Notes under the pieces: generated by a model
Database searches by the model: none
Told to the model about the DNA's origin: nothing
The model's input: only the letters and a program-made list of their open reading frames with translations
In this document: one piece after another, positions 27,701-39,600 of the stretch
Numbering within the stretch: position 1 is the first letter of the stretch
How the letters are laid out: each line of letters begins with the position of its first letter
Made by a program: the position numbers and the translations under genes
NCBI GenBank assembly: GCA_040954595.2
Contig: CM082585.2
Coordinates: forward strand, 7,789,353 to 7,853,352
Direction of reading: 5' to 3'
DNA from: Balanoglossus misakiensis
Lineage: Eukaryota; Animalia; Hemichordata
Length of the DNA stretch: 64,000 bases

Positions 27701-30700
27701 TGTTGTTTGACGCGTGTATTATCCGCCGCGAGTACACAGCGAACGTGACAATCACTCGAGCAGAGAAATTCAGGGAATTGGTTTAAACGTGTTCTGTTGT
27801 AACCATGCCATACGGAGGTTAAATCGATCGCGCCGTTCAATTTACGAGCGCCGCTTTATCAAACGTTCTCAGCCGCAGCTGTGGTGGCGCTCAAGACGCA
27901 CTCGTTTTTGACGCGCGGGTACGGTTACTATGGGAACGTCCTCCTCGGTCGCAGATGACACGCTTGCATCCACGTTGTTGTGCGCATGTTCATACTTCAT
28001 GCATGGGGGTATAAACTCGGCGATGTTTTTATTTAATTGGATGGCTGCCTTCCGTGTCTGTTCAGTGACCTTTTCATGTGGAAACAGATTATCACGTAAA
28101 TCAGATTTATCTGGGTCGACTTGACATACTCCGTGTGCCATGACATCAAGTTGTCACGGCAAACGGCGACTTCAAAAACAGTCTGCGGATGAATGGGAGT
28201 CCGCAGACAGGTATTTGTGGTTTACATTCGGGTTAGTAATCTTGCTCTCTGTCGTTCTTTTTGTCTTGCAGGGTGTGAAAGCCAGGCAGCCAATCAGCTC
28301 AATTTTATGCACAAGCCAAAATATGTACAGATAGCGCAAGAAGCCGGTACAGTCAAGTCCAGCGAGGTTCCAGACATCGTGGCTTTAGCTCTGGGTTTCT
28401 CGACAAATAAAGTGAGTACATATCATCCAAGTTTATACTCAAAGTCTTCACTGTATTGTAAATGTAGAATGCGCTCGGTCACAGTAAGTCGACCAGACGA
28501 CAAAATGTGACCGTCGATCGGAAATGCACGATGGGAATGTAAATCTGGTGGCGCCCTATCGTTATACAGGGTACAATCGATGCTGTTTGCATTCACAGTT
28601 CTGCACTTTGCTTATGTGGCAGAGCTAGGGTACTATTAAAACCAACATATGATTGAAGTCTGTTGCAGGGACGTGACTAGCGGGAGTTCAGTCGAAGGTG
28701 AAGGACGATCGACAGTGCTTTTTTTTCTCGTCCAAGGATTTCCGAACGAGCTCGCGACCAATAATTCATAATCGCACATCCACCGTTCATAATGAACAAC
28801 GCGTCCCGGATCGTTTGCGAAGTTTGCTCGAAAGCCTAACTAACACTGCACTGCGATCTGCGTCGGTGATTTACGCGTTGTCAAGCAGACCCTGCCAAAG
28901 TACACGTATGCGTCATTTGTAACTTTAGTACCTCCGTACCCGCTGGCTTTAGTTCGGTTAGTCCCAGATCGCGACCGACTGCGCTGCACTGTCTGTCTAC
29001 GTGCGTTCCGTGTCTCGTAAAATGAATATGAAAATGCGTAGGGCGTATGCAGCAATGTCGCTGTCTCAGAAGGCAGCATCTGACCTATACAGAATACGAG
29101 TCAGTTAGCGTAAAGTTCATTACTATTGGAGCAAATTATCCAATCCAAAATAGAAATCCAGGTTTATTTTTGTCTTTTACAAAGGCTATTGTTGTCCCGG
29201 AACAATACAGCAGATGCCGATTTTGAAACGTTACAACGTCACGAATTGCCAGTCTTAATTTTTATCAGCTATTTTAAAAATATGCCCTCGTTTTACCACA
29301 TTTAGAATGTCGTGACACCCATTTATGTCATAAAATATGGTCGTCTGCGCTTGTCGTGTTCCTCCACATACTAATACACCGTAAGCCGTTGGTTACGACA
29401 GCTGCTCTTTCAGTTGTGCATTTGAATGTATAATTAGGTGTACACATCGCATTTGGCAAGCTTGCGTCATCAGAATAAAATTGTATCATTAACATTATTG
29501 ATCAAGCCAATTTTCTATTATTCTCTCTTAAAATTGAGAGTAAAAAGTGGGGGTCACCGTGAAAATTTTTGAATGACAACAAAACTGTCACAAATGTGAA
29601 ATTCAAAATGGCCGCCAATGTCTTTGTTAACTCTATGGAGAAAACAAGGCGGTGAACACCCTGTTTTCTTCGTTGTTTTGGAAAACACTTTATATAAAAT
29701 AAGCAAAGATTGAAAGGTTTGGATGACTATCATTTTTCTGAAGATTTATCCCGAGGCGCGTACCACCTTAACATTTCTATTCAGTACGTGCTCAGCGCGA
29801 GCTGTGTCATGTCGGTGCATAAAATAGTCTGATAACCGATGTAGGAACTTGCTAACGAGCACTCCCTCAGCGGTCCCAGGCAGACGACAAGGTGATATTG
29901 ATTGACCTTTTGGCAAAATGCCCAGCAATGCAGTTTGACCGTGTGACATTTCCACTCGGGCAGTGTCGCTGAATATAGCGTCTTTTTTTATTTTATTTTA
30001 TGTTCCGATGTGTTCAGTTGATAATAGTTTGTCACGCCGCTGTGCCTGTGGACGATTCAACATCGTAATGACGTTTCACGTCAGCATTATGAAAATAGTG
30101 TTGTGGCTTTTCATACCTTACTGGCGGCCTGGTGTTCATCTTGTCCCAGGGGAAGGCCGGGTGCTTCTTCTAATCCTTCGTAAACCAGCATTTTACGTCA
30201 TTAGAAACGTCACATAATCGTCAAACGCCAATGTATTAATAATCTGTAATGCAAACGTGAAAGAAAAAAAAATACTTGTAGTAATAATTCAAAGAATGTC
30301 ACAAAGACAGTTGAAAATGATTTAATGGGGCATTTTGTGCAACAAAGGCATGCCAGCAACTTCGAAGGATAAACCGTTTTGACGCTCAGTTCCCCCATAA
30401 TTTTAGTCTCTGTACTCGTTTGAGCCGATTTGGGTCATAAACGTGAAGAGGTCGCTACGGTGAAATGGGGTTACAGATGTAATGGCGACAAAGTATGTTT
30501 GTGATGTGAAGTGTGTTTGTGCGTGTGTGTGCGTGTCACAAGTTTTCTCGAGTAATTCAACAATATGACATTTCCCCACCATTAGAGGCGATACTGTCGC
30601 CCACACCATAGACAGCCACCGCCCACGCGTAATTCGGAAGCTATATGCCCGGGTGAGATTTCGCATTTAATTATTTTACTGCGAAATTGTGGTAGATTGA

Positions 30701-33121
30701 AGTAAATTGAAACACAACATGAGTACAGCAATTGAAATACTTAAAATTGTTTTCTGTCTTGTATATTTTTTTCTAGGAACTCCGCTGGCCTGGTCTGTCT
30801 TCCGGGGATTTTTTCCGTCGCCCGAAAGCTAACATTCTCTTCACAGTAGAGAGTGTACACGATGTGAAATTACAACTTGACGATGTCATAGCAACGTTTC
30901 CGATAGAAAAGGTTTGTCGCTATAGTAACATATGTTCTTTATCTCGATGTCGCTTCTAATGACGTCAGGTTTGAGTTATTTGGGGCCGTACTTCCCGTTT
31001 TGGTTTGTTCGTCGTTATTAATCTCATCGGCAGGACAGGCTGGCAAAGTGCCAGTATTTTTCTTGGATCAGAGATAGGTAAATTTCAATGTCGCTTTTTG
31101 ATGTCTGCAAAGCGAGTCAGGCAACTACATACTCCAACCCCGTCGTTGCCGTTGGCAACGTATAGCGTCAGTGCTTTTCATACCGTCGTTTATACGTATC
31201 GTAGCAAATAGTCGACAGTTAATCGAGTTTTGTAACCCGCTTCTTCTACTTTCTGTGACGCATTCCACTTCATAGCCCACACATACACTACACAGGTCGG
31301 ATAAAACGCCAGGATGTAAGGGTCACGTAGGGGTCATGCAAATGGCGGCTTCAACCATCCAAATCGCGTGTGATGGATGTGCGACTCTGTGATTGTTCGA
31401 CTTTACACTGCAAGAGATTTGTAGCGCATCTCAGAGGTCATCGAGTTTGATACCACTGCGTTATCATTCTGTTAGAATTATCACGTACACGTATTTGATC
31501 CCGAGGCAGGCACGTGCACAAACGATTTCACCAAAACACCACTATCATGGAGTCTGGCGTTTCTACCGCTGGCTGCGCAGTTGAGGAATTATGAAAATAC
31601 AATGTTACATTAAAAGCAAACATACTTTGGTATTTTTTCCGCGCAGGATGCACCCTTCATCAGTACTGAGGCGGTTTCCGAGCACATCGAAAGTTTATTT
31701 TCTCAGCAGAATCCATTGACAGTAGACTTGTCTGCCGCTGGCAAGGTAGGATTTCAATTTTTCAGGGATGTTAAATTGACTAGAAATATGAAGCCATGTA
31801 TGTATGTCTGCATGTATGTCTGTCTGTATGTATGTATGTATGTATGTATGTATGTATGTATGTATGTATGTATGTATGTATGTATGTATATGTGTGTGTA
31901 TGTATGTATGTATGTATGTATGCATGTACGTGTATGTATGTGGCAGTTCCATTTCTTTTCATCAATCATTATTTATCCCCCTTTTCCTCCAGCTGTTCAC
32001 GTTGCATTCCAAACACCCCCATCTATTCAGGGACATCCCAGCCACGCCCAAGCAGCTACAACCCGCCTTGCTGAACAGCGAATCATCCGTGCTCTATTCC
32101 TTCGACGTGGGGTCTTTGAACTTCTCCAAGGATGCGGACTTCGCGTTTTTGAGCGAACTGCAAATTATACAGGAGATCATGCTGGTGGTAAGTGGAAAGA
32201 ATTCTCTACCTGTCCGTCCGCGTGAACTACAGCTGGATCGGAAGTACGCCAAAGGGAGGGATTGTGGGTAAGCGACTGGTCAGCGAGTGTGGTGGGGATT
32301 CAATGAACTATCCTAAGTAATCCCGGGACCGTCTCTGTTTTTTTTTTTTTGCAGACATCAAGAAATAAATATCTGACAGAGGACAATGTGCCGGACATAT
32401 TCACTTTCACCTTCGGTGGAATTCACCAACTCCAACTGAAGTATGGAGGCGACTCCGAGAAAGTCAAGGACGGTGTTCGGGTGCTGTCGGCTTTCATCAA
32501 CAAGGTTAGTAAGACGTGTGTGTTTTTTTTTTTTTTGATGTCTCGTGTTGAGCTTGGTGGAAATGCGTATCTGGTTTTCTAACGTCCTTTCTTGGTCACG
32601 TGACTGCAGTCACGCCGTCAATATCCTAGTGACCTCTCCTCTGTTACTAAATCGTGCCGTGTGTTCTGATTTCAGTTGATGAAAACCATGTTGGCAATGT
32701 ACGGTGACGATGTACTTGCCGAGGTGGCCACTTTGACCCCAAGTGACCCGGTACTCAGACTGTACAGACGACAGGCCGATGACGCCAAAGTCTCTCAGGT
32801 CAGTGAAAGAAAAGCTGAAAATTCCCATGTTCGTGAAATCGAGTGGTTTGAAAGAAATCCCGGTTTGTCTTTGGCGATCATTCGAAAAATAACGCGTTGC
32901 CTTCTGCCCTATTTCAGACCTCGGACAGCGAAGGCGATCCATCCGACTTCAACGTGGCCGATTCGACCTCGGAGAATTTCCCCTATCTGTTCCACATCGT
33001 CCTCTGGATGTCCGTCTTCTGGATCCTGGCCGTCTTCGCCATCTCCTACATGATGTGGTACATGGACCCCGGCGACACCATCATCTACAGGATGACCGGC
33101 CAGCGGATCAAGATCGATTAG
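18739..33121 (+). CDS. ATP6AP2: V-ATPase accessory protein 2 / (pro)renin receptor, 8 coding exons, 368 aa
   Basis: Exons 18739-18799, 28272-28411, 30777-30911, 31647-31745, 31993-32187, 32355-32504, 32676-32798 and 32918-33121. All are GT-AG and phase-compatible, totalling 1107 nt. The translation matches ATP6AP2 hallmarks: VPDIVALALGFS, WPGL..GDFFRRPKA, DFAFLSELQ, PDIFTF, basic RLYRR cleavage site, a TM helix and the tail MDPGDTIIYRMTGQRIKID*. Confidence 0.95.
23423..23551. promoter_or_regulatory. Pair of identical RFX X-box motifs GTTTCCTTGGCAAC (23423-23436 and 23538-23551)
   Basis: Both match the GTNRCC-N0-3-RGYAAC-type X-box consensus closely. Further X-boxes lie at 27380-27392 and 31145-31159. 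Confidence 0.45.
28272..28411 (+). CDS. ATP6AP2: ATP6AP2 exon 2
   Basis: ttgcag| ... AAA|gtgagt; encodes CESQAANQLNFMHKPKYVQIAQEAGTVKSSEVPDIVALALGFSTNK. Confidence 0.92.
29480..29771. mobile_element. Degenerate non-autonomous interspersed repeat (MITE-like) in ATP6AP2 intron 2
   Basis: Contains ggggtcaccgtg..aaattcaaaatggccgcc..gttaactctatggag and ends in cccgaggcgcgtaccaccttaa. The caaaatggccgcc core recurs at ~1975 and, inverted and degenerate, at ~22078. Recognised as repeat-like only. Confidence 0.35.
30777..30911 (+). CDS. ATP6AP2: ATP6AP2 exon 3
   Basis: ttctag| ... AAG|gtttgt; encodes ELRWPGLSSGDFFRRPKANILFTVESVHDVKLQLDDVIATFPIEK. Confidence 0.93.
31647..31745 (+). CDS. ATP6AP2: ATP6AP2 exon 4
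   Basis: cgcag| ... AAG|gtagga; encodes DAPFISTEAVSEHIESLFSQQNPLTVDLSAAGK. Confidence 0.9.
31796..31941. repeat. Imperfect (TATG)n microsatellite in ATP6AP2 intron 4
   Basis: Seen directly in the sequence. Confidence 0.95.
31993..32187 (+). CDS. ATP6AP2: ATP6AP2 exon 5
   Basis: ctccag| ... GTG|gtaagt; encodes LFTLHSKHPHLFRDIP...DADFAFLSELQIIQEIMLV. Confidence 0.92.
32355..32504 (+). CDS. ATP6AP2: ATP6AP2 exon 6
   Basis: poly-T gcag| ... AAG|gttagt; encodes TSRNKYLTEDNVPDIFTFTFGGIHQLQLKYGGDSEKVKDGVRVLSAFINK. Confidence 0.93.
32676..32798 (+). CDS. ATP6AP2: ATP6AP2 exon 7 (basic convertase site RLYRR)
   Basis: tttcag| ... CAG|gtcagt; encodes LMKTMLAMYGDDVLAEVATLTPSDPVLRLYRRQADDAKVSQ. Confidence 0.92.
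32918..33121 (+). CDS. ATP6AP2: ATP6AP2 exon 8 (TM helix and cytoplasmic tail, stop TAG)
   Basis: tttcag|; encodes FNVADSTSENFPYLFHIVLWMSVFWILAVFAISYMMWYMDPGDTIIYRMTGQRIKID*. Confidence 0.96.
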   Translation, partial: TSDSEGDPSDFNVADSTSENFPYLFHIVLWMSVFWILAVFAISYMMWYMDPGDTIIYRMTGQRIKID

Positions 33122-35093
33122 GGCATTATGTCCGTGCACTGTCTTGGGGGAAGGGGCGCTTGGTGCCTGTAGTAGATTGATGTGCTCTCGGTTTCAAAGC
33201 ATTTCTGTTAGCGGGGCTTCTTGTACTTCACCGCCCGGGAGAGAGAGAGTTAAATACCATCACTCCCACAGGATTTCCACAGCCCCTCTTCTCGGGTGCA
33301 AGTATGGAGGCCAGCCGAAAGTCAAGATAGCAGAGACTTACTCTGATCGTACCAAGACATTCCAGTCATATTCCTTTAGCTGTGATTTAAGTCTTCAAGT
33401 TATTTAAAAGAAGTGATCATTGTGTTAATTAGTGTAGGTTGTGCGCCACCAATGCCCCAAATGTCTCTTTCCCCAGCTAACCATCATGTTATGAACACTG
33501 CAATGCAAGGTAAAAATAAATATTAGTATACCGAGCTGGTTGACGTGTTTTTTCGTAGGAGGTGCTTCTTTTCAAGGTTTTGTACTGAACTGAGAGAGGT
33601 TGGGTCTAGGTTGATTCTCATGGTTTATGATCAGGTTAGTAATAAGGCAAATATGAGAAATAATTGTGTCAGTTTTGATCAGCCCCTCCCTCTCTGCCCC
33701 GCTAAAAGAGATCCGTGCAAACTATAAAACACACAACAAATAATTTCTGCATCGGTTCAGTACAATTCTAACGTTTTCAATGAATCAAGCTAACTGATGA
33801 AACGATATGTATATATTTGAATCTGGTCGATTTCACAAAGGATCGGTATCTGCATATGTTGAAGCGAGATTCATTTTTTCCTTCAAATTAGGGTATTTTG
33901 TTGAAATCTCGCACTCAGGCGATTTCTAGTCATGTCTGCTTTGAATTCATACCCTGCTGGACATGCGCAGTAGACTGAGTCGTGATCTGGGTGTAATCTC
34001 TAAATGAGATGAAATCTCCGAATGATGTCAAATTACTTGTAAGTTATTCCTCAACAGATGCACTGTCAGCCTTTAGGGCCAATACCTGATGAAATAGGTG
34101 TGCTTGTATATTTGTAAAAATAGCTTAAGTAGGATGGGATCGAATGTCTCGATGCATTAGTGTCGGATCAAAAATAGCTACCACTGCGTGACATATACTT
34201 TACTCGATCGTGATTTCCTTAATCGTCAGTAATGTTATTCCATTGCAATCTTAAATTTCATGTGTTTGCTTAGAAGATGTGTTTATATAAATGATGTAAA
34301 TGTCACGACAATCAACTTTTCGTTCGAAGAGAGTTCAGTACCTGGGGTGTATGTTTGAGTCTGAAACTGGGGCAATAGTCATTGAAGAGACCAAAACTTA
34401 CGATAATTTTGAGAGTAGAGATAGCGACTGACGTAATAATACTGTAGAAAGTAAAACTTGATAATTTTTGTTGAAATCGGTCATTGTTTTTTTTCCATCG
34501 AAAAAGAGGGTGTTTCATGTTCTGACTTTCATTTCAAAGACGTATTACGACGTGATTATAATTAGATTGTAATAGAGATATAAGACTAAGAACTTTTAGG
34601 TGAGAAACTTTCAGAAATGTGTATTTTGTCATAATATTTTGTCCCCGGTTGATTGTAAACCTATGCAAAATATAAAAAAATATATGTATTTAATATTAGA
34701 AGTGTAGATATATTTCTTTGTGTTTTGTGTGTTTTTTATTCGGGTATCGCCCGACATGATGGGAAAATAAACGACCGTTTGAGTTGAAATAATACGCATG
34801 GCGTGCGTTAGTGTGCGTGGCGTGAACTGTGCCCGGTCTGTGATGAGTCGAGGGCCGCTTGCTCTATTTGTCTCTGCCATTTGCCTTCGAATCTTTACAG
34901 TTACGAAGTCCACTGGTTATATTTATAAACAAGAAGCATGAGTGGGGGGGGGGGGGATTTTCTTCAAAATACATGAACTCTTTTGGGGTCATCTCGCCGT
35001 TTTTGTTATATTCTGTGTCTTCGACTCAAGAGGGCGCTCACACACAAGAAACTACCACCAGTTGCAACCACTCACCTTCGTCAAGTATTGGTT

Positions 35094-35109
35094 AATAAAT
35101 AAAAATAAA
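35094..35109 (+). terminator. Clustered AATAAA polyadenylation signals, candidate distal 3' end of ATP6AP2 (a proximal AATAAA lies at 33515-33520)
   Basis: aataaataaaaataaa at the end of a ~2 kb AT-rich stretch downstream of the stop codon. Confidence 0.4.
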
Positions 35110-35399
35110 GATTTTGGATGCACCTATCATCACTATACACGTACACCACACCAAACTTTGGCTTGGGTGTAACTCACGCCGACTGTTCCAATCGAATTTA
35201 CACGATAATACCCCCATGTGGCTTCTGATGGCCATGACCTGATACTTTGTATTTCTTATGACTGCAATAACCTTGATTGTTGGGTATCATCACTGAGAAA
35301 TGATCCATCTTTTAAATGTTGAATTGTAAATTCGCACACTGCGTACCGCGCCCTGGTACGGCGTCACCGTACGGTGATAAGATTGGCATCACGTGATCT

Positions 35400-35700
35400 G
35401 TTTGGGGGAATACCCGGGTCCAGAGAGGCTGATTCTTCTGACCTGGTGGGGCCGTAATTCTAAATGCTGGTGGAATTTCCGAGCCAGATGTCTTGGTTTT
35501 TGTCAAATCGCTTGATATAAATCAACCCAGGTAAGTTTCATTCCGTCTCTAAGACATTCCGGGTACCAGTGCCGCACCGTCATCGCGCCGCGCCCTGCCG
35601 CGCCGCGCGAGTCACGACTCGGGCATTTCCTGCTGACGCGATCGCGCGCGATGACGACGCATCGCAGTTCGGCTTTCGTTTTATTTTGACAAAAAAACGG
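35400..35700 (+). promoter_or_regulatory. CpG-rich 5' region and non-coding first exon of the CXorf38-like gene (donor after 35530)
   Basis: Perfect CAG|gtaagt donor at 35530/35531 followed by a CpG-rich patch (35570-35670). The next acceptor is ttcag| at 36143, 16 nt before the ATG. The start coordinate is approximate. Confidence 0.55.
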
Positions 35701-36159
35701 CAAGTTTTTATCGCAGGAAACCTCACAACACTTAAGAATGTTCATGATATGAACTGTATATATCTAAAATTTGGACTCTTTGAGTCGAGTTGGGCATTGA
35801 CAACCTTGAAATTCACACGAAGAATAGGGGTCGAAGTTCACCTGTGATGATCTCAGAGCAGCCGTCGACACATGCGCAGTGTCGTGATGGCGTTTCCAAT
35901 ATGATATGAATATGCATGAATCATGCAAATAACAACATTTCTTGTTTGTCAAAAAAATAACAACAGAAATTGAAGAAATAAGATGTTCTCACTGACACAT
36001 AAACTTTTACTGTACGGTATAACAATTTTAGGTTCATTACTATTGTTTATAACACTTTTTTTTGACAATGACACTTTTTTCCAGAAATTTCTATACCACT
36101 ACATGTATATACTAGAGTTTTGTTATTGTTTATTTTGGTTCAGAGGGTAGCTGGTCACC

Positions 36160-36621
36160 ATGACAACGTGGAAAGAAAGGATGAATAAGGAAGAATACAA
36201 GAATTGGCTGAAAGTGAGCCAGGCATTGCTGTTGATGTGTGAAGGCATCGATCAACTCACGACAGAGGTCATGGATAAGTTTCATAACGAACTGACGCGT
36301 AAGTTCGGTAATCAGCCATGCTCTAATGGATCATGCAAGAGAACAAAAAAGCAGACAAGGCCACCGCCATTTTGTACACTCTGCAAGAATTTTGAGGGTG
36401 ATATCCTAGCTGAACATACAAGTATAAAGTTCATAGAATGGAAGAACTTTGATTGGCAAAAGTGGCCGGCGATGGCGTGGGAGGTGGCCAAAGTCTACAT
36501 GCCCAAGGGTCAGAAGCCATCGGTCACCAGAGCCTCGGAGACGGACTCCTCGGCCTTGCTTAACTTGATGTCAAACTGCAAGAAGTTTCACACTCGCATC
36601 TCCAGGCAAAAACCAGGGAAG
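36160..36621 (+). CDS. CXorf38: CXorf38-like coding exon 1 (DUF4559 N-part with Cys/His insert)
   Basis: accATGA start; AAG|gtgagt donor; 154 codons. Confidence 0.92.
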
Positions 36622-39600
36622 GTGAGTCGACCAGTTTTGATGCATAATCGGTATGTCTTGAGCTGAATCTGTGTCCTCTTAAAAAAGCGAAACCGGGCTA
36701 TTTTGATTCAAATTGAATGATTTCTTCCAGTTTTAAATTTTGGATCACTCAGGGACTGTGTTATTGACAGTGACTTGAATCCTGTACAGGTGATTCAGGT
36801 GCGGAATAAAATGATGCACTCGGCCAAAATGGAATTTCCGAGTGCAGAGATGAAGCAACACGTACAAGTCATACTGGAACTCTTACGAGATCCTCAAGAA
36901 CTCAGTAAGAGGCCAGAAGCACAGAAAATGGCCAAGACAATAGAAGAGGTATGGGTACTTTAGCATTGTCTTAAATCAGCCAGGTTGTCCAGCATTGCAG
37001 CTCGTCAAAAATGTTAAAGGCAGTGTGACTAACGTATAGTTACCAAGTGCCCTTCATCTGATTAAGGATGGTCAATCTTCCTGATTGCCAGATTATCTTA
37101 AATATTTCATTGAGGTGTCAACTTACCAATTGTTTTGCAGCTCCGTGATGGAACCCTCGTCATCACCGAAGAAATGGAGAATGGCATCCTGAAAGAGAAA
37201 TTCGAGGCCCTTGAATGTAGAATCGAGGAATTGGAAGGAAAGCTCACACCAGAAGTTGGTCATACACACTAAGTCTCTATATAGGACAGTCCCCCCCTGG
37301 GCATTTACACCCCTACTGGACACACTTTTACCCTATCCCTAACTGGGGGATGGGAAAAGTCTGGGTGACAAATTTCCAGGGGGTGACTGTCCTGATACCA
37401 TTGTGTAATTTTGGCTTTTAGATTACTCTGAAAGTACCATCATCTCGCCCTAAGCTCACCCAAGGTACTTGTCGCCAATAATTGGCATATGTGGTACTTT
37501 GAACTTGACGGCCAATTTTTCCATTCATTACACATGGGTAAGGAGAATATGATACAAGCAAAGGTATCTATATGCGTCTTCATGAAAACTTTACATTTCA
37601 GTTGGAAGGAGTCATCGAGGAATTCAAGAATTTCATTAGTGGGAATCAGGACCTGAGGAAAGAATTTCAGAATGACTTGAAATCACTGACCGGCAGACTT
37701 GGTGCTGTGGAGAAAAGGGTCGACGAAGTGGCCAAAAAGGTGGATGAAATGGAAAAGGGGTGGAAGCAAGGTCAGTGAGTGAAAGGTCACAGGTGAAAGG
37801 TCATTGTATACCCCAGCGACACCACTCGTGTTGGAGATTTACGTATAATCAACTGAATTTTTTTAAATTTCTCTGTTTTTGGTTAGCAAATCTGAACCAA
37901 TTGTCCAGTTGCTTTGAAAGTTACTCTGTACAAGGAGTTACTGAGACTGTGTACACTATATGTTAACATAACTTTAATATATGCGAGCTGTTACAGAGAC
38001 CACCAGCTATTCTATTATTAATTACCACAGGATATCAGTATAAAGCGTCTGTCTGTCTGTCCCAGGGGTGACTGAAAGAAGTGGCTTGTCATATGTGTTT
38101 GTCAACAATTTTTCTAGCACCGCTTGTAAGGTTGCCGTTGGTAATAGTGTCACGTGAAAGCACTTGAAACAATCAACGATGGTTGTGTTCGTGCACTCTG
38201 AGTCTTTTACAGTCATGTAAGGGAGTGTCGCCTGGGAATTGGATAATACAACAGCAGGTGCTCTCTTACATGTATGCAAATGATCTAATTATCAACAGAA
38301 ACTGATACTTGGGCTGTGTGTAGAACACTTAAGGCAACGATATCTACGATACTGACAGTAACATTTCAAAGCAAGAATACAATGGATGGTTTACATCAGC
38401 GTTGATCGAACGAGCTTTATTCAGTGTTGCATTATTAGCAAGCTCCGAGAGAACTGGTGTGGGTCTCCCAATAATCTTAGATGCTGTGTTAGAGATTTTT
38501 AACAGCTTGTTGCAATTAACGACGGAAAGCAAAGTGTTCGTGCACTTTGGGTCTTGTACAGAAATGCAAAGGAGTGTCTCCTGTTATTGAATAAGTACCA
38601 CAGGAGATGCACTTTTGCATAGATGTAAATGATCTTATTATCAGCAGACACTGATACCTGACTATGCCCCAAAGAGGTAACGCCAAAGACAGCGCCTAAG
38701 TCTACATTTGATTTTAATCAGATTGGATGTGTTCGTGCACTCTGGGTCTTGTACATTAATGCAAAGGTGTGTCTCCTGTGATTCGATGATTACCACAGCA
38801 GATGCACTTTTGCATAGATGTAAATGATCTAATAATCAGCAGAAACCTGGCTGTGTGCCAGGTTGGTTGTGTTCCAATCTGATTAAAATCAGACGTAGTG
38901 TTGGGCGCCGTCTTTACCTTTGCTGATTCTTGGCTGTTCGGAAGGGACGCCCACCGAGAACAGCCAAGACAGAGAACGGAACAGACAACGACAGCGCCTA
39001 ACTCTACATCTGATTTTAATCAGATTGGATGTGTTTGTGCACTCTGGGTCTTTTACAGTCGTGTAAGGAAGTGTCTCCTGGTGATTGGATAATACTACAG
39101 CAGGTGCTTTTTTACATGGATGTAAATGATCTAATAATCAGCAGAAACTGATACGTGGCTGTGGTTTTAAGTCCTGACAAATATTTTGCACTGGGGAGAT
39201 GGGTTTTGAAATGTTTTGAGGAGTTCTAATGATGTCACGTGAAACCATTTGAAACTATCAACGATGGTTGTGTTCGTGCACTTTGGGTCTTTTACATTAA
39301 TGCAAAGGTGTGTCTCCTGTGATTCGATGATTACCACAGCAGGTGCACTTTTGCATAGATGTAAATGATCTAATAATCAACAGAAACTGATAACTGGCTG
39401 TATGCCCAGAAAAGGTCCCTCTTCCTTGTTATAAATACCAGAAAAGTATCTACTGCACTTTGGTTTTAAGTCCTCACAAATGTTTTGCATTTGGGTCTTT
39501 TACAATAATGTAAAGGTGTGTCTCTTGTGATTGGTTGATTACCACAGCAGGTGCACTCTTACATGAATGTAAATGATCTAATAATCAACAGAAACTTAAA

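Noticed and set aside
28140-28271. Hydrophobic stretch (YLWFTFGLVILLSVVLFVLQ) just before ATP6AP2 exon 2 as an alternative signal peptide
   Set aside because: It is in a different frame from exon 2 and is simply the translated polypyrimidine tract. The exon at 18739-18799 fits both phase and signal-peptide pattern.
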